Shown here: positions 58,417-64,000 of the stretch, one piece after another
Numbering within the stretch: the stretch's first letter is position 1
Layout of the letters: each line of letters opens with the position of its first letter
Assembly (NCBI GenBank): GCA_965223705.1
Contig: OZ245015.1
Span: 1,504,001 to 1,568,000, forward strand
Reading direction: 5' to 3'
Length of the DNA stretch: 64,000 bases
From: Myxococcota bacterium
GTDB lineage: Bacteria; Myxococcota_A; UBA9160; UBA6930
Program-made: the position numbers and the translations under genes
The notes under the pieces: model-generated
The model's input: the letters and a program-made list of their open reading frames with translations, nothing else
What the model was told of the DNA's origin: nothing
Databases searched by the model: none

Positions 58417-59400
58417 ATGCGCGTTGGGATCGTCTTCGAATTGCTCCGCCCCGTTCCCGCTGGCTCGGGGCTGCCGGCCGACGCTTTCGATGAGTACGAG
58501 CCCGAAGCGACGCTGACGCTCCTCGAAGACGCGCTGGCACACGCGGGCGCCGAGCCGGTGCGGCTGGGAGGGCCGCGCGAACTCTTCGCGAAAGCGTCCG
58601 ACGGGGCGCCCGACGTCGACGCGGTTCTGAACATCGCCGAGGGTTACGGCACCCGAAACCGGGAAGCCTGGGCACCGGTGCTCCTCGAGATGTGGGAGCT
58701 TCCGACCCTCGGGAGCGATGCGCTTGCACTGTCGGCGAGCCTCGACAAGGTCTTTGCGAAACGCATTGTCGCGGGCGCGGGCGTGCCGGTTGCACCGGAT
58801 TGCTGCATCGCGGTGAACGCGTCTCCCGGCGCGGCGTTGCCCGGGCCGTTCCCTCTGTTCGTCAAGCCTCGCTGGGAAGGCACGGCAAAAGGCATTGAAC
58901 GGCACTCGCGGGTCGAGAGCCGAGACGAACTCGAACGCGCCGTCACGCGCGTCCACCGCGTCTACGGCCAACCGGCCCTCGTCGAGCCCTTCCTCGACGG
59001 CGCGGAATACACCGTGACGGTCGTGGGCCACGCACCCGCGAGGGCACTGCCGGCGTTGCAGCGCGCCCTCGACTCGGAGAGCGGTATCGGGGCCCACGCG
59101 ATCGCGCCGTCCTCGGTCGCCGGACACGAGTTGCCAGGCTCCTTGACGCCCGAACTCGAAAGCGAGCTCGCGGAGGCGTCCCTCGCCGCGTTCGAAGCGC
59201 TCGGCTGCCTCGATTTCGCCCGCGTCGACTTTCGCCTCGACGCCCGCGGCCGGCCGTTCTTCCTCGAGATCAACCCGCTGCCGACCTTCGCGCCGGACGG
59301 TTCTTTCGGCATCCTCGCCGAGCTCGAAGGCCGGAGCGCCGCAGAATGGGTCGGCGACGTCCTCGCCGAAGGGCTTGCGCGGCTGGGGTTGCGCGAATGA
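58417..59400 (+). CDS. D-Ala-D-Ala ligase-like ATP-grasp enzyme (KamA-associated type)
   Basis: NIAEG...RNREA, DK, FVKP..EG...GI, RVDFRLD, FLEINPLP; lacks the Ddl GGxSxE N-terminal motif. Confidence 0.85.
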   Translation: MRVGIVFELLRPVPAGSGLPADAFDEYEPEATLTLLEDALAHAGAEPVRLGGPRELFAKASDGAPDVDAVLNIAEGYGTRNREAWAPVLLEMWELPTLGSDALALSASLDKVFAKRIVAGAGVPVAPDCCIAVNASPGAALPGPFPLFVKPRWEGTAKGIERHSRVESRDELERAVTRVHRVYGQPALVEPFLDGAEYTVTVVGHAPARALPALQRALDSESGIGAHAIAPSSVAGHELPGSLTPELESELAEASLAAFEALGCLDFARVDFRLDARGRPFFLEINPLPTFAPDGSFGILAELEGRSAAEWVGDVLAEGLARLGLRE

Positions 59401-60476
59401 CGGCGGCGGAATTCCGAGACTGGACGTGGCAGATGCAGCACCGCGTCCGCAGCGCCGCGGATCTCGAGCGCTACATCCGCGTGACCGACGATGAGCGACA
59501 GGCGATCTCCGCACTCGCGGAGCGCTTCCGGTTCGTCATCACGCCGTATTACGCGTCGTTGATGGATCCCGACGATCCGAACTGTCCGGTGCGGCGGCAG
59601 GTGGTGCCGCGCACCGCCGAGCTCGACGACTCCGCCGGGCTCGCCGACCCCCTCGACGAAGTCGCCCATTCGCCCGTGAAAAACGTCATTCGCGTCTATC
59701 CCGACCGGATCGCGTTTTGCGTGAACAACGAGTGCGCCCTCTATTGTCGCTACTGCCTGCGCAAACGGATGGTCGGCGACGAGGAGTGGGCGATGAAGCG
59801 CCGCGAGCTCGGCGAGGCGCTCGAATGGATCGCCGCGACGCCCGAGATCCGCGACGTCCTGCTCACCGGCGGCGATCCGCTGGTCTTCTCCGATTCGCGC
59901 CTCGAGTGGCTCATCGCCGCGCTTCGCGAGATTCCGCACGTCGAGATCATTCGCCTCGGGACTCGGCTGCCCGTCACGTTGCCGTTCCGCGTCACCGACG
60001 AGCTCTGCCAAATGCTCGCCCGGTACCATCCGATTTGGCTCAATACCCACTTCAACCACCCGAAAGAGCTCACTGCCGAAGCGCGGGAAGCGTGCGAGCG
60101 GCTCGCGGCCGCGGGTATTCCGGTCGGTAACCAGAGCGTGCTGCTCGCCGGTATCAACGACGACGCGGCGGTGATGAAAGAGCTCGTCGAAGGACTCGTA
60201 CGCATGCGGGTACGTCCCTACTACTGCTACCAGGCGCAGCTCCTGGAAGGCACGGCACATTTTCGCGTTCCGGTCGAACGGGGGATCGATCTGTTCCGCG
60301 CTCTGCGCGGCAGGACGAGTGGCTTCGCGATCCCGCAGTACGTGCTCGACACGCCGCACGGCAAGGTCCCTCTCGACTACCCGCATTTTCGTGGGCGGGA
60401 GGGCGACGCCGTCGTTGTCGAAACCTTCGACGGCACCCTCTGGTCGGAGCCCAATCCACTCGGCGGGGACGGATGA
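59397..60476 (+). CDS. kamA: KamA-family radical SAM aminomutase (lysine 2,3-aminomutase-like)
   Basis: DW.WQ, YPDR, CALYCRYC.RKR, LLTGGDPL, THFNHP, NQSVLL.GIND, RPYY, SGFAIP.YVLD...GK. Confidence 0.9.
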   Translation: MTAAEFRDWTWQMQHRVRSAADLERYIRVTDDERQAISALAERFRFVITPYYASLMDPDDPNCPVRRQVVPRTAELDDSAGLADPLDEVAHSPVKNVIRVYPDRIAFCVNNECALYCRYCLRKRMVGDEEWAMKRRELGEALEWIAATPEIRDVLLTGGDPLVFSDSRLEWLIAALREIPHVEIIRLGTRLPVTLPFRVTDELCQMLARYHPIWLNTHFNHPKELTAEAREACERLAAAGIPVGNQSVLLAGINDDAAVMKELVEGLVRMRVRPYYCYQAQLLEGTAHFRVPVERGIDLFRALRGRTSGFAIPQYVLDTPHGKVPLDYPHFRGREGDAVVVETFDGTLWSEPNPLGGDG

Positions 60477-61999
60477 AACGACTGTCCGCAGCCGCGCTGC
60501 TACTGGCCGGCAGCGTGCTGCTGTCGCGGGTGCTCGGCTTCCTGCGCGAGATCGTGCTGGCGCAGCAGATCGGCGTGAGTCCAGAGGCAGACGCCTACAG
60601 CGCCGCCTTCCAGATTCCGGACCTGCTGAACTATTTCCTCGCGGGCGGCGCGCTGTCGATCGCGTTCGTTCCCCTCTACACCCGGGCGAAGACCCGGGGT
60701 GGCCACGAAGAAGCCGGTCGATTGCTTGCCACGGTTCTCGGCACCGTTTCTGCAGCGGCGATCGCGGCGACGGCTTTGCTGTTTTGGTTCGCGGAGCCCC
60801 TGGTCGCTTTCCAGTTCCCTCGCTTTGACGCCGAGATGCAGGCGCTGACGGTGCGATTGACCCGCATCGTCCTGCCGGCGCAGATCGCGTTCGTCGCCGG
60901 CGGCATCGTCCGGGCCGGGCTCATGGCAGAAGGGCGCTTCCTGTCTCAGGCCCTGGCACCACTTCTCTACAACGCGGGCATCATCCTGGGCGGGCTTCTC
61001 TTTGCGCCCACCCTCGGTGTGGAGGGGTTTGCCTGGGGTGCGCTGGTCGGCGCGTTCGTCGGGCCGCTCGGCGCAGCCCTCATCGAAGCGCGCGGCCGCA
61101 TCGCGTTGCGCCTTCGCGTGGCACCCTTCGAGGCCGCTTTCGTTCGCTATCTCGTGCAGGCCCTACCGCTGATGCTCGGCGTCACGCTCCTCACTGTCGA
61201 CGAATGGTACGACCGCTGGTTCGGCCAACTGGGGGATGCGGGCACCATCGCGGCGCTTCGGTACGCACGCCAACTCATGCTGCTGCCGGTCGCTGTCGTC
61301 GGGCAGGCGGTCGCCACGGCGGCCCTGCCGACGCTCTCGAAGCTCTACGAGGAGGGGCGCCGAGAAGAGCTCGCCGACATCGTCCAGGGCACGCTCGGGG
61401 CGTCGGTGGCGCTGGCGTGTCTCGCGGGTGCGGCGACCTGGGCGTTGGCTGCGCCCATCGTCACGGTTGTCTACGAGCGCGGCGCATTCGATACCGATGC
61501 CGCCGCGCGCGTCGCTCCGGTTCTCGCGATGTTCGCGTTCGCGATTCCCGGCTGGATCACCCAGCAGATCGCGGTGCGGATCTTCTACGCCCAAGGCGAT
61601 ACCTGGCGACCGATGCTTCTCGGCACTGCACTGGCCGCACTCGCCATTCCGATCTACGCGACGCTCGGTCCGCGTTACGGCGCGCTCGGACTCGCCGCCG
61701 CCGGCGCGATCGCCATCAGCGCGAATGCTCTCGCGACCCTCTGCTGGGCTCGCGGTCGCTACGGCTTGCCGACGCTCGGTGCGCTGTCGGCGACCCTCGT
61801 TCGCGCATTATGCGTCGCCGCGTTGGCCGGAGGCGCCGCCCACCTCACCGCTGCAGCCCTCGCTCCGCCCTGGCTCGCCCTGTTCGCCGGGGGCGGCGCA
61901 TTCGCTGTGGTGGCGCTCGCCGCAGGTGCCACGATCGGCGATGACGCCATGCGCGGCGCCCTGCGCGGTCTGTGGCGAAAGGTCTCCCGTCGTGGCTAG
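60473..61999 (+). CDS. murJ: Lipid II flippase MurJ (MviN)
   Basis: SRVLGFLRE, DAY.AAF.IPD, GGALS.AFVP, ERGAFD, R.FYA.GDT..P. Confidence 0.9.
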   Translation: MKRLSAAALLLAGSVLLSRVLGFLREIVLAQQIGVSPEADAYSAAFQIPDLLNYFLAGGALSIAFVPLYTRAKTRGGHEEAGRLLATVLGTVSAAAIAATALLFWFAEPLVAFQFPRFDAEMQALTVRLTRIVLPAQIAFVAGGIVRAGLMAEGRFLSQALAPLLYNAGIILGGLLFAPTLGVEGFAWGALVGAFVGPLGAALIEARGRIALRLRVAPFEAAFVRYLVQALPLMLGVTLLTVDEWYDRWFGQLGDAGTIAALRYARQLMLLPVAVVGQAVATAALPTLSKLYEEGRREELADIVQGTLGASVALACLAGAATWALAAPIVTVVYERGAFDTDAAARVAPVLAMFAFAIPGWITQQIAVRIFYAQGDTWRPMLLGTALAALAIPIYATLGPRYGALGLAAAGAIAISANALATLCWARGRYGLPTLGALSATLVRALCVAALAGGAAHLTAAALAPPWLALFAGGGAFAVVALAAGATIGDDAMRGALRGLWRKVSRRG

Positions 62000-64000
62000 C
62001 GCCTGGGAGTTCTGGATCGATCGCGGCGGCACGTTTACAGATTGCATCGGCGTCGCTCCGTCAGGCCGCACCTACACGGCGAAACGGTTGTCTTCGGAGA
62101 CCGCGGCGGCCGAAGCGATTCGGGACATTCTCGCTTCTGCGCCGGAGCCTTCTGCAGAAGATCCGACACTGCGGGTGCGGATGGGGACGACGGTCGCCAC
62201 GAACGCACTCCTCGAGCGTCGGGGCGTACCGACGGCGCTCATTACGCAGCGTGGACTCGGCGACGTGCTCGAAATCGGCACCCAGGAGCGTCCCGAACTC
62301 TTCGACCTCGACATTCGAAGGCCGCCTCCGCTGACGCGGCGCGTGATCGAAGTCGACGGTCGGGTCGATGCGCGGGGGGAAACGCTCGGCATTCTCGAGG
62401 AAGCACCGCTTCGCGAAGAGCTTCGCGACGCGCGGGCGAACGGCATCCAGTCCGTCGCCGTGCTCGCGATGCATGCCTACGCGTTCCCCGAGCTCGAAGA
62501 GCGGATTGCGGCGTGCGCGCGCGAGGAGGGAATCGCGTACGTCGTCCCTTCGCACGAAGCCGCGTCGGAGCTCGGTTTCCTCGCGCGAGGCGAGACGGCA
62601 GTCGCCGACGCTTACCTGACGCCGCTGTTGGCGCGGCACATCGACGTCCTGCGAGAAGCGCTTCCGGGGGCGCGCCTCCACTTCATGCAGAGCTCCGGTG
62701 GCCTCACGCGACCCGAGAGTTTTCGGGGACCCGCGGCGCTGTTGTCGGGGCCGGCCGGGGGCGTCATCGGCACGGCCCACGTTGCTTCACTCCTGGGCAT
62801 GCGCCGCGCGATCGGCTTCGACATGGGGGGGACTTCGACGGATGTCTCGCTCGTGGTGGACGGCGAAGCGGAGCGCGCTTTTGAGAGCGTCGTAGCGGGC
62901 ATCCGCGTGCGCGCACCCATGCTTCATATTCACACGGTCGCGGCGGGCGGCGGCTCGTTATGCCGTTTCGACGGCGCCCGGGCGAGCGTTGGGCCCGAAA
63001 GCGCGGGAGCTGATCCCGGGCCCCTTTGCTACGGACGCGACGCTTCCGGCGAGGGGGGCCTCGCCTTGACCGATGTCAACTTCTGGCTCGATCGGATTCC
63101 GGGCGATCGTCTGCCGTTCCCTCTCGAGCGGGCGCCGGTCGCCGCTGCGTTCGATCGCCTGATTCGCGAGCTCACCGAAGCGGGCCACGAATTCGAGCCC
63201 GACGAGCTGGCGGCGGGTTTCATCGACATCGCGAATGATGCGATGGCCCAAGCGATTCAGGAGGTATCGGTGCGTCGCGGTGTCGATCCGCGAGATTTCG
63301 CCTTGGTCGGTTTCGGAGGCGCGGGGGGACAACACGTTTGCGCCGTGGCGCGCAAGCTTCGAATTCGCACGGTCCTCCTCCACCCCCAAGGCGGCGTGCT
63401 GTCGGCGTTCGGCATCGGTGTCGCCGACTTGACCTGGGATCGCCAACGCGACGTCGGGCGGGCGCCGCTCGTCGAGGGGCGTGCCGACCCCTCCGTCCTC
63501 GACACGCTAGCTGCGCTCGAAGCCGAGGGTCGCCGAGCACTCGCCGCGGAAACCGGTCAGCCGGAGGGCCGCGTCGAGATCGAGCGCTTCCTCGATTTGC
63601 GCTACCGCGGGACGGAATCCGCGTTGACCATCGCCGCGCCGGCGGAAGGGGATTTCGGCGCGGCGTTTCGCTTCGCTCACCGCGAGCGCTTCGGGTACGA
63701 CCGATCGGAACGCCCGATCGAAGTGACCACAGCACGCGTTCGCGCACGCGTCTCCGAGGCGCGCCCGCCGGAGGTCCCGTCGTTTGCGGAGGAACCCGGT
63801 ACGCCGATTCGGACGGCCCACGCGTGGTTCCCCGGGCGCGGACGTTGCGACGCTCCGGTGTTCCTGCGGGAGTCACTGGCGCTCGAGCAGACGATTGATG
63901 GTCCGGCCATCGTGCTCGAAGCGGCTTCGACGATTGTCCTCGACCCCGGTTTCCGGGCTCGGCTCGACGCGACCGGCGTTCTCGTCGTGACCGATGAAGC
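61992..64000 (+). CDS. 5-oxoprolinase / hydantoinase A family (runs off window end)
   Basis: Not in ORF track. From GTG 61992: MASAWEFWIDRGGTFTDC...MGTTVATNALLER...LSGPAGG...FDMGGTSTDVS...IHTVAAGGGS...GPESAGADPGP. Confidence 0.93.
   Translation, partial: MASAWEFWIDRGGTFTDCIGVAPSGRTYTAKRLSSETAAAEAIRDILASAPEPSAEDPTLRVRMGTTVATNALLERRGVPTALITQRGLGDVLEIGTQERPELFDLDIRRPPPLTRRVIEVDGRVDARGETLGILEEAPLREELRDARANGIQSVAVLAMHAYAFPELEERIAACAREEGIAYVVPSHEAASELGFLARGETAVADAYLTPLLARHIDVLREALPGARLHFMQSSGGLTRPESFRGPAALLSGPAGGVIGTAHVASLLGMRRAIGFDMGGTSTDVSLVVDGEAERAFESVVAGIRVRAPMLHIHTVAAGGGSLCRFDGARASVGPESAGADPGPLCYGRDASGEGGLALTDVNFWLDRIPGDRLPFPLERAPVAAAFDRLIRELTEAGHEFEPDELAAGFIDIANDAMAQAIQEVSVRRGVDPRDFALVGFGGAGGQHVCAVARKLRIRTVLLHPQGGVLSAFGIGVADLTWDRQRDVGRAPLVEGRADPSVLDTLAALEAEGRRALAAETGQPEGRVEIERFLDLRYRGTESALTIAAPAEGDFGAAFRFAHRERFGYDRSERPIEVTTARVRARVSEARPPEVPSFAEEPGTPIRTAHAWFPGRGRCDAPVFLRESLALEQTIDGPAIVLEAASTIVLDPGFRARLDATGVLVVTDE

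Noticed and set aside
57882..59400. Vancomycin-resistance cluster (vanZ + ddl-like)
   Set aside because: No vanH/X/R/S; the ligase is the KamA-associated type and VanZ-like genes are widespread.

Overview
GC-rich bacterial chromosome segment. Gene content (PilT paralogue, PilZ protein, OPX plus beta-barrel exporter, bS22/COX24-type protein, H1-like protein, sigma54 promoters) suggests a Myxococcota/deltaproteobacterial lineage; this is inference. Layout: (1) 1-5.9 kb DUF1302 / lipoprotein / YCF48 / RND(MMPL) envelope cassette. (2) 6-12.4 kb metabolic genes and mgtE. (3) 12.9-25.7 kb Wzy-type surface-polysaccharide operon, followed on the same strand by (4) a 25.8-31.4 kb candidate RiPP cassette: nucleotidyltransferase, PqqD/RRE, radical SAM-SPASM, a 61-aa precursor with a lasso-like YxxPxI leader, three Cys and a C-terminal Ser, an HPr-kinase-like protein, an S26-like peptidase and a convergent ABC exporter, with no lasso cyclase. 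This is the best candidate for an undescribed system. (5) 31.5-34.2 kb khpA, a TPR protein, an unlisted 30-aa bS22-like gene, a ~330-nt foldback element, a 28x RKKA(T/A) histone-H1-like protein and rpoZ. (6) A His-less sensor kinase with PilT, an AsmA-like protein, a BTLCP peptidase, a BMP ABC importer, a vWA protein, amidase-rph-rdgB and transporters. (7) A Ddl-like / KamA / murJ / 5-oxoprolinase operon running off the end. No rRNA, tRNA, CRISPR array or transposase was seen. All product calls come from motif recognition by eye, not database searches.
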